Below are positions 42,067 to 52,646 of a stretch of DNA of 64,000 bases, piece after piece. The first letter of the stretch is position 1; each line of letters starts with the position of its first letter. The translations under genes were made by a program, and so were the position numbers. Under the pieces are notes generated by a model. The model ran no database searches. It was not told where the DNA came from and saw nothing but the letters and a program-made list of their open reading frames with translations. This DNA comes from Candidatus Heimdallarchaeota archaeon. Its GTDB lineage: Archaea > Asgardarchaeota > Heimdallarchaeia > Hodarchaeales > Hodarchaeaceae. The stretch is from contig RDOB01000003.1 in the NCBI GenBank assembly GCA_011364965.1, positions 400,939-464,938 on the forward strand. The letters run 5' to 3'.

Positions 42067-42744
42067 TTACCATATCTTTGGAAACAATCTATATCTAACA
42101 TTCTTCAAATAATCGGAATAATCAAGTAATTCCTCATTCAATGTTTTCTCTTCAAACTCAATTCTGATCATAAGAAGGATCATTGTCAATATTCCAGGAA
42201 TCAGAGCAAGCGAGGTTCCTAAGCTGAAGGGTAAACTAAGCATAATTAAGGTAACTGCTAGATAATGAGGATGTCTTATAAAGGAATATGGTCCAGTCTC
42301 ACATACTTTTTGATTTTCAGACACGATAACAATTTTCGATAGATAAGCATTTTCACGCAAAACTAAGAAAAATAATACAAAAGCAAAGCAAAGAACTATT
42401 AAATCCCCAGTCTTTATAAGAAAAGGAACATTAGGTTGATTAATCCTGTAATCGAGACCCGCGACAACCAAAGTCGCAAAAATTGTTGCAAATAATGATA
42501 AATACAATATTTTATCCCACTTTTGGACAGATAATTGGGTAGCAACTCTTGATTGTAATACAGGACTGTTTCTAAACCAAAAAATCTGAAAACCAAAACC
42601 AAAGGACGCAATTAGTAAACAAATCCAAGCGTCAAACCATAAAAAAGTACCCACAGGAATAAAAAGTAATAAAGCATAGATTATCATAAGAAAAACGAAC
42701 TTAACAAAAATATTCGTCAGAGAAATTTTAGACATCATATGCAC
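42067..42744 (-). CDS. Isoprenylcysteine carboxyl methyltransferase (ICMT/Ste14/PEMT) family
   Basis: TM helices and GPYSFIRHPHY...RIEFEE..L..Y..Y. Confidence 0.88.
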   Translation of the reverse strand: MHMMSKISLTNIFVKFVFLMIIYALLLFIPVGTFLWFDAWICLLIASFGFGFQIFWFRNSPVLQSRVATQLSVQKWDKILYLSLFATIFATLVVAGLDYRINQPNVPFLIKTGDLIVLCFAFVLFFLVLRENAYLSKIVIVSENQKVCETGPYSFIRHPHYLAVTLIMLSLPFSLGTSLALIPGILTMILLMIRIEFEEKTLNEELLDYSDYLKNVRYRLFPKIW

Positions 42745-43050
42745 ATTGAATTAAAGTTTCTCCTTTAGAAATGAATTTACATTGAAAAACATTTCGAGAA
42801 CTTGATTTGTTTCTTTCTTTTTTTTATGTGATAGGGTGGACAGCAGTATTATGAAAAGACAAGAAGGCTATATTATGCAATCGAAGAAATCGATGAGTAT
42901 TGGAGAAAATCAGTAAAAATAGAATCTATCCGAGACCTTTATCAAATAGAAAAATTAAGGGGGAATTGGAAACAAGCTTAGCTACAAAATAACTCCATTG
43001 AAGCAAAACTCATATTGGTCCTTTATGTTGTTCCAATTGACGGATTCTTA

Positions 43051-43293
43051 TTAGTTAGAGCTAAGAGTATAATAATATCGTCTCATATCACTCATATCAG
43101 GAGTTCTACGAACAATTTCACGTATTAAAAGCATTCTAAGAGCATCATGAATTGTTCTGCGACAATAACCAGTTCTATCTCTAATTTCCTCAACTAGCAT
43201 CCAATCCCCATCTTGTAAAACTTCATATACCTTATGCGCAGAAGGGGGAAGCACAGCTACCCTTTTTTCTTCAATCGATTCAGCAATTAACAC
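43051..43293 (-). CDS. Small winged-helix DNA-binding protein (paralog 1)
   Basis: LPPSAHKVYEVL...RRTIHDAL...DMRRYYY. Confidence 0.8.
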   Translation of the reverse strand: MLIAESIEEKRVAVLPPSAHKVYEVLQDGDWMLVEEIRDRTGYCRRTIHDALRMLLIREIVRRTPDMSDMRRYYYTLSSN

Positions 43294-43481
43294 TTTTATT
43301 AACTCCTTTCAACTTTATTGATCAACGTTTTTATTTAAGTATAATCATTACGCAACGTTATAAAAACTTTTCGTTGGAATGAGTTCGTGTACAGAAATAG
43401 AAAAAATCCTTAAAACAGGGTAAAAACGAGTAAAAAAATATACAAAGGGAACTTCAAAGATAAATGAAAAATTAGTAAAAA

Positions 43482-44699
43482 CTAGTAAAATAGATATTTT
43501 GATTCCCCAATCTTGTCCAAATATTCACAACTACCTGTGCTAACAACCTCTTTAATGATCGAAAGAACACGTTTACTAACAGGTAAGGCATCAATTTCTG
43601 CGGAGGATATCTCTTGTAAGTCTTTTGGAAAGCAATCAATGAGATATGCAGCTTTTTCAAAATCTCCTGTTCGCACCCAAACTGGAGGGTGGAATTTTTT
43701 GAGAAATGCAATCCGAAATAAAATTGTAGAAATTCGAAGATTTCCTTTAATCCTGCCTTCGGGAATATAGCGAGGCATCCGAGTGGGAATCCCATATTGC
43801 TTTCCTAAATCAAACCCTAAAGCAATTGGATTCTTTAGATTATATTCTTTTGCTATCTGATGATCGAAATTCCCCCATTTATTATTATTTCCATATAAAC
43901 GAGAGTATTGAGTAAGTAGAGTAGGATAATTTTCCTTAAGCTGACTGAGAAATTCTCTTTTATTCCGACCAGGTTTTAATGTCAATCCTCCTACCAACAC
44001 ATATTCTGCATGGGCTTTCTTTGCCTTTCTGAATAACTCATGCATATTTTCCTCAGTATCACCAATCCAGGGTAATACAGGTAGAAAAAGAACGCCTGCG
44101 TGAATACCTTGATTTCTTAGCATTCGAATTGCTGTCAAACGTTCTTGAGTAGTACTAGCTCTGGGTTCGAAGTTTTTTTGATCTTCTTCGTCAGTTAAAG
44201 TGATACTAAAACCTACGTTTGCATAATTAGACGAATTTATCTTCTTGAGAAGTTCTAAATCTCTAAGAACGGATTTATTTTTAGTAAGTAAAAACACGGG
44301 GAAACTATAGTCGTGTACAACCTGAAGCAATTGTTGAGTTATCTTTAATTTCCTTTCTGCAGGTTGATACACATCACAAACACCGCCACCAATTCCAATG
44401 ATAAACTTTCCTAGTGATTTGGGAACAATAAAACCTTTAGCAGGTAAATAATCTACTAATGTAGATTTCGAGAATTTTAGTTTTCTAAAAAACTGTTCAA
44501 GAACTTGAGGGGCATTTATTTTCCCTTTAATGCGTGTACCAAAGTCTTCATGCATATAGTAGCCTTCTGCCTTACCATCGCAATAGGTACAGTCATGATA
44601 GCATCCTAAATAAGGATTGATGGACGCTTCACACCACCACCATGAATCTACTGATCCTCGTCTAATTGGGGTTTTTGCTTTAATTCTCTCTATAATCAA
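43482..44699 (-). CDS. SPL-like radical SAM protein with C-terminal HhH/PolX-N-like domain
   Basis: INPYLGCYHDCTYC, DVYQPAE, LTK..VLRDL, EPRA and PVLPWIGD. Confidence 0.85.
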   Translation of the reverse strand: MIIERIKAKTPIRRGSVDSWWWCEASINPYLGCYHDCTYCDGKAEGYYMHEDFGTRIKGKINAPQVLEQFFRKLKFSKSTLVDYLPAKGFIVPKSLGKFIIGIGGGVCDVYQPAERKLKITQQLLQVVHDYSFPVFLLTKNKSVLRDLELLKKINSSNYANVGFSITLTDEEDQKNFEPRASTTQERLTAIRMLRNQGIHAGVLFLPVLPWIGDTEENMHELFRKAKKAHAEYVLVGGLTLKPGRNKREFLSQLKENYPTLLTQYSRLYGNNNKWGNFDHQIAKEYNLKNPIALGFDLGKQYGIPTRMPRYIPEGRIKGNLRISTILFRIAFLKKFHPPVWVRTGDFEKAAYLIDCFPKDLQEISSAEIDALPVSKRVLSIIKEVVSTGSCEYLDKIGESKYLFY

Positions 44700-44706
44700 G
44701 TTTCAT

Positions 44707-45435
44707 TCAAACCTGAACTGCTTTATTGGATTTGGAATGGTACCAAGACCAATAAATTTGAATAATTGCCCATATAATAAAACTAAAAATTATCAGCTTT
44801 TGAATAAATGGTTGAAAATCACCAAAGATTCCCAAGACAAACAAGCCAACTAGGAAAAATATTATGAATCCAGTTATTGCTAAAACATTTGAGTAATGGT
44901 GACTAATGTACATCGTTAGAGAATAAACTAGAATAGCAATGGAAGAAAGAATGAAAAACCCCTGTGCTGCTAAACCATGGAGTATGGGCTGAGTATCGAT
45001 AGGAAACAAAGCAACTGCAATTTGAAAAGGAACCGATAAAAGACCAAAACCAGAAGCAAATCCATTTAATAGACGTTGTAATGGAGATGTTAGATATGAA
45101 AGAAAAAGAATAGGTAATCCAACCCAGAATGGAATTAAAGTTACGGAAGCAATAATCATACTCAAAGTAAATAGGATAGAAGATATTGGATTATTTTCAC
45201 CATTGAGGGCAATTACACGCCCCAGCTCGCTAAAATAATTTCTAAAATAATCATATCCCCCAGGATAAATTAAAGCAGATACAGTGGACAAGATTAAAAA
45301 TTGGATTGTACAAAAAATTAATGAGCTTAACACAAAAAAAAATATGTAATTTAGTGTTTTTGACTCAAAATTATGATTGATTAAAGCAACAATTTTTGAA
45401 GTATTTATCAGAACCATTGCCTCTATTATAATCAT
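44707..45435 (-). CDS. DUF998-like membrane protein
   Basis: YPGGYD..NYFSELG, FP.D...H and Q(K) motifs with multiple TM helices. Confidence 0.75.
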   Translation of the reverse strand: MIIIEAMVLINTSKIVALINHNFESKTLNYIFFFVLSSLIFCTIQFLILSTVSALIYPGGYDYFRNYFSELGRVIALNGENNPISSILFTLSMIIASVTLIPFWVGLPILFLSYLTSPLQRLLNGFASGFGLLSVPFQIAVALFPIDTQPILHGLAAQGFFILSSIAILVYSLTMYISHHYSNVLAITGFIIFFLVGLFVLGIFGDFQPFIQKLIIFSFIIWAIIQIYWSWYHSKSNKAVQV

Positions 45436-45505
45436 TATATCTACATATTTATCAAGTTATCGAAAATTAGTCTTTAATTAAATTCTATTCTCCTGATTAG
45501 AGGAC

Positions 45506-46474
45506 ATGGTTAAGTTGAAAATTCGAGAATATAAACCGACCGACTTTCATGGCCTTTTGGAAATCAGCAAACATATTTGGGAGGGACATGATTATTTACC
45601 TAAGAAAATAAACGATTTCTATATTGATCCTCATTCTAGTCCAATGGTAGTAATTGAAGAAGGGAAAATTGTCTCAATAGCTAATCTAAGGTTTCTTAAT
45701 AGGGAGATTGCTTGGTTGGAAGCTATAAGGACGCATCCAGAGTTTCGAGGAAAAGGTTATGCAACTTCATTAACCAAAGCGATGATTAAAAAGGCCAGAG
45801 CTGAGGGGGCAACAGAAGTATGGTTAATGACTAATACAGAAAATAAAGCAACAGCTATACTCCTTGAAAAACTTGGCTTTTCTGAATCTGGAAGAGTTGC
45901 AATGTGGCCAAATTGGGATATTATGACAGAGAGTTTAAAAAAGAACAGCATTCAGAATAAGCATTTTGATAAATTAGCAACCAGCCAAACGAAAAAAGAA
46001 GCAAGAGCTTCTGAAGATGGAAATTCCTATCGGACCTTGATTGAATCATTTCCTGTCACAAATAAAACTCTTGAATTGAGTAAAAAATGGAAAAAGATTA
46101 CCCAAAAGTCTCATATGAAAGAAATTCTCTCCAAAATTGTTAAACTGGGTGGAATGAATATAATTTATGGAGAATTCCATATTTATCCCCAGGATATGTT
46201 TGATCTTGATAAGAAAATCCAAAATAAAGAAATTCTTTACCTAGAAGAACCCCCTGCTCTTTTATTATTCGAAAAAAGTGAAGAAATCGAGTTAGGGTAT
46301 GGAATCGGACTGAATACATGTTCCTCCTATGCTCTCGAATCTGCTCTTTATTTTTTACTTGAAAATTATCCAAAATTAATATACTGGCTATTTTTCCCAG
46401 AATCATTGCAACATCTTTATATTAAACCTGGATTCCATCTTCAGAGATTTATGTGTAAGAAACTCAACTCCTGA
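45506..46474 (+). CDS. GNAT acetyltransferase
   Basis: IWEGHDYLP, WLEAIRTHPEFRGKGYA and LLEKLGF. Confidence 0.85.
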   Translation: MVKLKIREYKPTDFHGLLEISKHIWEGHDYLPKKINDFYIDPHSSPMVVIEEGKIVSIANLRFLNREIAWLEAIRTHPEFRGKGYATSLTKAMIKKARAEGATEVWLMTNTENKATAILLEKLGFSESGRVAMWPNWDIMTESLKKNSIQNKHFDKLATSQTKKEARASEDGNSYRTLIESFPVTNKTLELSKKWKKITQKSHMKEILSKIVKLGGMNIIYGEFHIYPQDMFDLDKKIQNKEILYLEEPPALLLFEKSEEIELGYGIGLNTCSSYALESALYFLLENYPKLIYWLFFPESLQHLYIKPGFHLQRFMCKKLNS

Positions 46475-46748
46475 GATTTTTTATCATTATAAACATTGGA
46501 TAGAATTAGAATTGGTAGCTGGATAGAATTTTATTAATTACCATATAGAATAGTTTGTAAAACAAAATCTCTCTTCTTTTCTACAATTCTAACAAGTAGT
46601 TCTTTATGTAATAGGGATTCTTAATTTCATATTTCCCAACTATTTTATAGCAGTAAAACTATGATACAACTAAAGGTTATTGGATAATAAATCGCAGAGT
46701 TAGCTTTAATTTGTTAGAGTATTAGTACATATGTGGGATTGAAAGGAT

Positions 46749-47894
46749 ATGTTCCTATCTGAACTAAGTCTCCATTTAAAACGATTATCACCAGAAGCAA
46801 AACTCCAGATAACTGAATATGCTAAAACTTCTCATTGGGAAATCAAAGATTATGAACAGCTAGCTGAAGATCTGAATAAATTTATTCGTACAACTAATTC
46901 TACAGACTCAGAATTATATTACCTCCTAGCGAAATTCCTCTTTTTTTCTGGTTCCCTCTCAGAATTAAATGATTTATATCTGCTTGTTGCAGCCATTCAA
47001 TCCACTCCAGGTTTAGAAATTTTTTATGCGCTAGGATTAGCTTTTCAAGGATTCTCCTCTGAAGCTCTGGATATTTTGAATGAGATAAAACTAGAAGCGA
47101 TAACTGACGACCCTCAACTTTGGATGGAAACAAAAGGTATAATCCTTTATGTCTATTCTATAAAACGCGATTATAGAAAGGTAGAGAATTTATTTAACGA
47201 AATCATTAGTTACTCTGAAGATCTTCCTCCAGAATTTAATCATATAAAGGCACATTCCCTACCTTGGGCATATCTTCGACAAGCTTACTCAATCAGAGCA
47301 AAAGGGGAAATAACTGACGCACTGGAATTGATTGCGAAATGTAATCAAGATCTGAAAGCTTTTCCTCATAAATTCTTCCAAACAATGGTTTATACCTTAA
47401 TGGGACATTGTTTACATAATTCAGGCAATGTTAAGCAAGCACTAGGTTTCTATGATCAAGGTATTGATATTGGTTTTGAATGTCGTAGTAAATTACTTTT
47501 ATCCATATTATATAACCGAATTGGTATGGCAATGAGTAATCGAAAGCAAATGAAATCATCTAAAGAATTTTTTGAAAAAGCACTTAAGACAGCTCAAGAT
47601 GCAGGAGCAAAGTGGCTTACAATTGGCCCATTAGTCAATCTTGTAAGGTGGAAACTTGCGGAGGGACAAGTTAATGAGGCCATAAATGATTATCACAGCT
47701 TTGTAGACATAGCAGAGGCGGTAGGCGATGAACAAGAATTATGTTATGCATTAATAGGCCTTGCAGAGCTTTACGAACAAATTGACGATATTCCAAAATC
47801 TAAATTTTATTTATCGAAAGGTATAAAGCTAGGAATGAAGCTTGGGATATTTGAATTGGTTTCCTATCCCGAAAAGAATGATGAACCAAATTAA
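46749..47894 (+). CDS. TPR-repeat protein
   Basis: Successive 40-aa helical repeats (MGHCLHNSGNVKQALGFY; IGMAMSNRKQMKSSKEFFEKAL). Confidence 0.8.
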   Translation: MFLSELSLHLKRLSPEAKLQITEYAKTSHWEIKDYEQLAEDLNKFIRTTNSTDSELYYLLAKFLFFSGSLSELNDLYLLVAAIQSTPGLEIFYALGLAFQGFSSEALDILNEIKLEAITDDPQLWMETKGIILYVYSIKRDYRKVENLFNEIISYSEDLPPEFNHIKAHSLPWAYLRQAYSIRAKGEITDALELIAKCNQDLKAFPHKFFQTMVYTLMGHCLHNSGNVKQALGFYDQGIDIGFECRSKLLLSILYNRIGMAMSNRKQMKSSKEFFEKALKTAQDAGAKWLTIGPLVNLVRWKLAEGQVNEAINDYHSFVDIAEAVGDEQELCYALIGLAELYEQIDDIPKSKFYLSKGIKLGMKLGIFELVSYPEKNDEPN

Positions 47895-48121
47895 GCCGCT
47901 TTCCGCAAGGCAAAAAACCGTCTCTTCCGCATATCTGAGAGATCAGCTCTATAATTCACAAGATTCGCTTTTATGAGCTGGGATAAAGCAACACTTACTG
48001 TTCGCCGGCTTAAGTTAGTAATCAATCTGATATCCTGAATCGTCATTAACTTATCTGTTTGTAAATGTTCATATACCTTCTGAACCGAAGGAGGGAATGT
48101 ATCAACAGGAATTATATCCAT
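47891..48121 (-). CDS. Small winged-helix DNA-binding protein (paralog 2)
   Basis: FPPSVQKVYEHL...SRRTVSVAL...DMRKRRF. Confidence 0.8.
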   Translation of the reverse strand: MDIIPVDTFPPSVQKVYEHLQTDKLMTIQDIRLITNLSRRTVSVALSQLIKANLVNYRADLSDMRKRRFFALRKAA

Positions 48122-48297
48122 CTTAGTCCTCTCATTTATTATTTATTTAAACTAAAGCTGATAGATATTTATTATATGATTTGTGGTACAAAGCTTTAGC
48201 TTTAGATAGGAAAAGAGGAATCTAGTACAGTTTTTTGACAATGATTTTTATGAAACATTGAAAAAAGGACGAAAATTATAAGCAAACACTCAATGAT

Positions 48298-48576
48298 TCA
48301 TACTTGCGCTCTTTTTTTAATTTCTGCAAGAAAACTGTAGAGAGGAATACCAGAAAGAGAATATAATTTTCTTCTCATATCGGTGAGACAGTGTGTTTTT
48401 ATAAGCAAACCTCTCTTCTCCATTAAGTTCAGCGCATTTTGAACTGTTCTACGACTATAATTTGATTTGAGAGTCATCTCGTCAATTGTTAAATTTTCTT
48501 CCGTATTCAAAATATCATAAATTCTGTAAACTGCAGGGGGTAACCCCAGTAAGACTTCAGTTTCCGATTCGGTCAT
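48298..48576 (-). CDS. Small winged-helix DNA-binding protein (paralog 3)
   Basis: LPPAVYRIYDIL...SRRTVQNAL...DMRRKLY. Confidence 0.8.
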   Translation of the reverse strand: MTESETEVLLGLPPAVYRIYDILNTEENLTIDEMTLKSNYSRRTVQNALNLMEKRGLLIKTHCLTDMRRKLYSLSGIPLYSFLAEIKKRAQV

Positions 48577-48811
48577 GATTACTCTATGATATTAATAATA
48601 ACCAAATAATAGTAAGTATTCTCGTTGTTGAAAACACCCCTCTTAGTGTATTTTGTAACACTTTTTGCAAAGTTATACCTAGCTTTAAATAAATAGAAAG
48701 TAAATTTAGTTTTTCGACTCTTTTGACAAATCCTAGTATGATAAACTATAATCAATCAGTTTCATACTTCATTAGACTTCATAAAGAAAGGGATTCCGGG
48801 ATTATGGATAA

Positions 48812-49636
48812 CTAAAGAAGTGTAAAAAATTCTTCTTTCACTTGTTTATCATAAAAAGAGAAAAAAAACGGTAAACGTGCAAAATTCTTGTTATATTTTA
48901 TAGGATTTCCAGATAAATCAGAGCAAACTCCACCAGCTTCCTCAAGAATCACAGAAGGTATTCCATAGTCATGCGGACTAGCAAGATGACACATTTGGAT
49001 TTTAGCATTACCTTCTGCGACAGCAATCATTTTATGATGGGCACTTAAACAATCTAGTGACTCTAATTCCATTTTCTGCAATATAGGTATAAGATTTTCA
49101 CACCTTTTCTGACAATAAAAGGATAAAGGAACTTTTTTTCGTTGAAATGGAATGTTTTGACCAGAGCTATCCATTACTTCAATTCCTTTCCTCCTTTCAG
49201 CATAATAAAGGCGATTGAATGCTGGAAAATAAATTGCGCTTGCAAAGAACTCCAGATTTCTAGAAAATGCAGCTCCAATCGAAAAATCATCTCTTCCCTG
49301 AATATAAGCAAAAGTTCCATCAAGGGGATCTAAGTGAAAACATAAATCCCTTTTGTTCAAGGAAAACCGATTAACGCGCTCTGTGTCCTCCTCAACATTA
49401 ATACCTATTTTTGGATACTGTGAGGTTAATATTTCAAGAGCAACTTCTTGAACTAAGTCATCTAAAAATGTGTGTGCTGTAGAAGTTTTATCCACTGAAT
49501 CTTGAGGTAAATCAGACTTTTTAGGTAGATTATCAACTGATCCTCTAAACGCTTTAAGGATTAAACCTCCTGTTAGTACTATAGCTTTTAAAATGGGGTA
49601 AAAATCTTCATCAAACTGTAAAATCTGGTTTTTCAA
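48812..49636 (-). CDS. Inositol monophosphatase (FIG) family protein
   Basis: VEE, LDPLDGT and HD..ILEEAGG. Confidence 0.85.
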   Translation of the reverse strand: MKNQILQFDEDFYPILKAIVLTGGLILKAFRGSVDNLPKKSDLPQDSVDKTSTAHTFLDDLVQEVALEILTSQYPKIGINVEEDTERVNRFSLNKRDLCFHLDPLDGTFAYIQGRDDFSIGAAFSRNLEFFASAIYFPAFNRLYYAERRKGIEVMDSSGQNIPFQRKKVPLSFYCQKRCENLIPILQKMELESLDCLSAHHKMIAVAEGNAKIQMCHLASPHDYGIPSVILEEAGGVCSDLSGNPIKYNKNFARLPFFFSFYDKQVKEEFFTLL

Positions 49637-49659
49637 AGCAAAAACCCATTTTAGAATAT

Positions 49660-50226
49660 TCAGATAGGTGGTAATCCATCTAATAACTCAGGATGAAGGG
49701 AATAATACTCTTCACGCAATAAATCCATGATTAAAGTATCAAAGATTTTGCCATGAATAAAAATCGACTCACGAACGCGAGCAGACACCCGAAAACCAGA
49801 TTTTTCAGCAAGCCTGATCGCTCTGGGATTTCCACTTTGTGTCCAAATTCTAGCAACTAGCAGACCTAATTCCTCAAAAAGGAATTTAAGTAACACTTCC
49901 TGTGCATCAAATGATGCTCCAGTTCCCCAAAATTTCTTTCTTACCACTAAACCGATAGTTGTAGAAAATCGGGATTCGTATTCCGAATAACTAATCGTAC
50001 CCACAAGCTCATCCGATTCTTTATGGATGATTGTAAATCGAGCATCTTTTCGATCAAATGAAAACTCTTTTTCTTCAAATCGTTTCTGATACATTGGTAA
50101 AGTATAATCGGGAGGAAGGGCCTTATTCCAAGCTTGAGTAGCCATGTCGTTACGTAATTTTACGAAAGTTTCAATATCTGATATACGTTCTTCTCGTAAA
50201 TAGATGGTTTTCCCTTCAAGAACCAT
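49660..50226 (-). CDS. RimJ/RimL-type GNAT acetyltransferase
   Basis: KFWGTG and GNPRAIRLAEKSGF. Start overlaps the upstream stop (TAATG). Confidence 0.88.
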   Translation of the reverse strand: MVLEGKTIYLREERISDIETFVKLRNDMATQAWNKALPPDYTLPMYQKRFEEKEFSFDRKDARFTIIHKESDELVGTISYSEYESRFSTTIGLVVRKKFWGTGASFDAQEVLLKFLFEELGLLVARIWTQSGNPRAIRLAEKSGFRVSARVRESIFIHGKIFDTLIMDLLREEYYSLHPELLDGLPPI

Positions 50227-50813
50227 TAGGATAATCCTCCTGTATAATTTTTCTTCCATTCGTGCTTAAGGATATTATATATACAGTAATCGAAAAATTT
50301 TCCTTCAAATATCCCCGCACGCCTCAGTTGGCCGCAATCTTTGAAGAAATGTTTTTCAAGAAATTTACATCCTAGAATATTCCATTCAGGAACCCAACAC
50401 GAAATTGAATGTGCGGAGGAGTAATTAAAAACAAAAGCAAGTAATAATTTTAGAACTGTTGATCCATAACCCCGTTTCCGATGATTAGGAGAGATAATGA
50501 TGTTCATTCCGGGACTAAACGCATCCCATCCCCAGTCATATTCAACATGTCCAATTATTTCTCCTGTTTCATTTAGAATGATAGCTAAATGTAGTTCATT
50601 TTTCGTTTCAGCCCATTTGGATATTATCTGTCCTATTTGCTTTTCAGATAAGGGTAAGAGATCAGGAATATCCCACGGAAGTCCACGAGTACCAATAAAA
50701 TCGTAATTATTCAAATAAACCTTCACTTTTGGAAGTTCATGTTCCTCAAAAGGCCTTAGATGAATTTTATCCGTTTTAAATATAGTTTTTAAGTGCATTT
50801 GGACTCCAGCCAT
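50226..50813 (-). CDS. RimJ/RimL-type GNAT acetyltransferase
   Basis: IHLRPF, HRKRGYG and WN..FLEKHFF..G.LR. Confidence 0.88.
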   Translation of the reverse strand: MAGVQMHLKTIFKTDKIHLRPFEEHELPKVKVYLNNYDFIGTRGLPWDIPDLLPLSEKQIGQIISKWAETKNELHLAIILNETGEIIGHVEYDWGWDAFSPGMNIIISPNHRKRGYGSTVLKLLLAFVFNYSSAHSISCWVPEWNILGCKFLEKHFFKDCGQLRRAGIFEGKFFDYCIYNILKHEWKKNYTGGLS

Positions 50814-50943
50814 TATAACGACAATTTTTCTTGAGGGCTTAAGTAAGTAGAGGTGTTAATTATAATGTTCTAGGTTGCTTTTAGAAAAACTCGTCTTTTG
50901 AAAATGGTCAAAAAAAAGAAATAATGAAGATAATAACTTCGTT

Positions 50944-51522
50944 TTACTTGGTATTTTTAGGATGATTCCACGATTCTTTTCGAGAAAGACGAGTATAGAG
51001 AATAATTAAAGCAAAAATAAGTCCACCTACTAATAATAAGTCAGAAGAAATTAGATTTTGCGGCCACTGGCTTGAGAAAAAAGCAAATCCGGTATCAATT
51101 TCTTGTATAACTAAGGGGTTACGACAAGACCAAAAAAAAGTATTCTGCCTTAACGGCAGCCAAACTAAGGTAGAAATTGCACAAACTTTGAACGCAAGAG
51201 AACTAGCGGTTTCCCGTGTCAGTGCCCATTGTTCTTTTTCGTATATAACAGTAGAAAAAATCACACCAGAAAGAAATATAATTGCAAACATGACGAAAGG
51301 ATAAGAGGAATAATCATAATAGAGTATATCATATGGGGGCACGATGTAGGGAATAAGTAATTTAATAACTCCAATTCGTATTAAATTAATAGAGATAATT
51401 GACGGAAAAAGCTCACGAATTGAATACTGTTTCAGAAGAAACCATAAATATACAATTTCAATGCTAGATAGAATAAAAAAATCTATTATACTAATTTCAG
51501 GGTAAAAAGGAGGTAAAATCAT
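50944..51522 (-). CDS. Hypothetical membrane protein
   Basis: Four to five hydrophobic helices. Confidence 0.6.
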   Translation of the reverse strand: MILPPFYPEISIIDFFILSSIEIVYLWFLLKQYSIRELFPSIISINLIRIGVIKLLIPYIVPPYDILYYDYSSYPFVMFAIIFLSGVIFSTVIYEKEQWALTRETASSLAFKVCAISTLVWLPLRQNTFFWSCRNPLVIQEIDTGFAFFSSQWPQNLISSDLLLVGGLIFALIILYTRLSRKESWNHPKNTK

Positions 51523-51630
51523 ATGACATCACAATTACACAATAAATAATACTTTCTCATAAGATAAATTGAGTATTAATCTAAACAAAAAAGGGTAAGA
51601 AAATACACTTCTATATAAGATAATCAATCT

Positions 51631-52524
51631 TCATGTGTTTAAATGAACCATCTTTTTACTTAAATCCCAAAGCTCTTCTTGTAGATTTGTATCATAGGTT
51701 ATTTTTGACGATAAAGATTCTTTTTTCTTAACAAAATATTTTCCACTTACACCCTCGATTTCCGGTGAACTAGCGAGATATACTGAGCTCTCGGCTCCTT
51801 TTTCTGGAGGTAATGAAATAATTCGACTAATTGGAGAAAATAAAGTCCCAATGATGCGTCCATAGGTATTCTTAATCATATTAGTACGTACAAATCCTGG
51901 ATGAAGTGCATTTGCCGTCACAGTAGTATATCCCTCTGATTTAAGGCGTCTTGCTAACGCGTAAGTAAACATTAGATTGGCAACCTTTGTTTCACCATAC
52001 CTATCCAGAGCTTTATACTTCCTTTTCTCCACATTAAGATCATCTAAATTAATACCTGATCGATGGTGTGCACCAGAATTTACATTAATGATTCGAGAGG
52101 GGGAATTTGCAATTAATGTTTCTAAGAGAAGATTGGATAATAAGAAGGGAGCTAAATGGTTGACAGCGAGAGTCATTTCAATTCCATCCACACTCAAGGT
52201 TAATTTAGGCTTCATTATGCCCGCGTTATTAATTAAAATGTGTAGCTCGTTATAATTCGACTTAAAATCTTCAAATAATTTTCTAATAGAGTTCTGCGAT
52301 GAAAGATCAGCAACCAGTATATCAATATGGGGATTATTTGACATTTTTTTAATTTCTGCTTGTGTAGCCAAACCTTTCGACTTATTTCTGCAAATAAGAA
52401 TGATTTTTGACCCCATTTTAGCCAGTTCTAAAGCAGTTATCTTACCTATACCGCTATTAGCGCCAGTGACTAAACAAACCTTCTCTTCCATTTTCCATTT
52501 TGTTGATACTCGCATTCTCATCAT
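51631..52524 (-). CDS. SDR oxidoreductase (retinol dehydrogenase-like)
   Basis: TGANSGIG, NNAG, YGETK and HPGFV. Start is probably ATG 52491. Confidence 0.93.
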   Translation of the reverse strand: MMRMRVSTKWKMEEKVCLVTGANSGIGKITALELAKMGSKIILICRNKSKGLATQAEIKKMSNNPHIDILVADLSSQNSIRKLFEDFKSNYNELHILINNAGIMKPKLTLSVDGIEMTLAVNHLAPFLLSNLLLETLIANSPSRIINVNSGAHHRSGINLDDLNVEKRKYKALDRYGETKVANLMFTYALARRLKSEGYTTVTANALHPGFVRTNMIKNTYGRIIGTLFSPISRIISLPPEKGAESSVYLASSPEIEGVSGKYFVKKKESLSSKITYDTNLQEELWDLSKKMVHLNT

Positions 52525-52646
52525 CTTAAGATTTATTCAGGCTTCAGAAGTCCTGATAAGAATTATCCTATCACACTTAATTGAGACAATTACTTTAGAA
52601 GTTAAATTATAGACGTTCTTATATACATTTAGACAGTAAAATTTGA

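Noticed and set aside
42835-42980. Short purine-rich open frame (GQQYYEKTRRLYYAIEEIDEYW...)
   Set aside because: No start codon and no recognisable homology. Cannot be supported as a gene or pseudogene.
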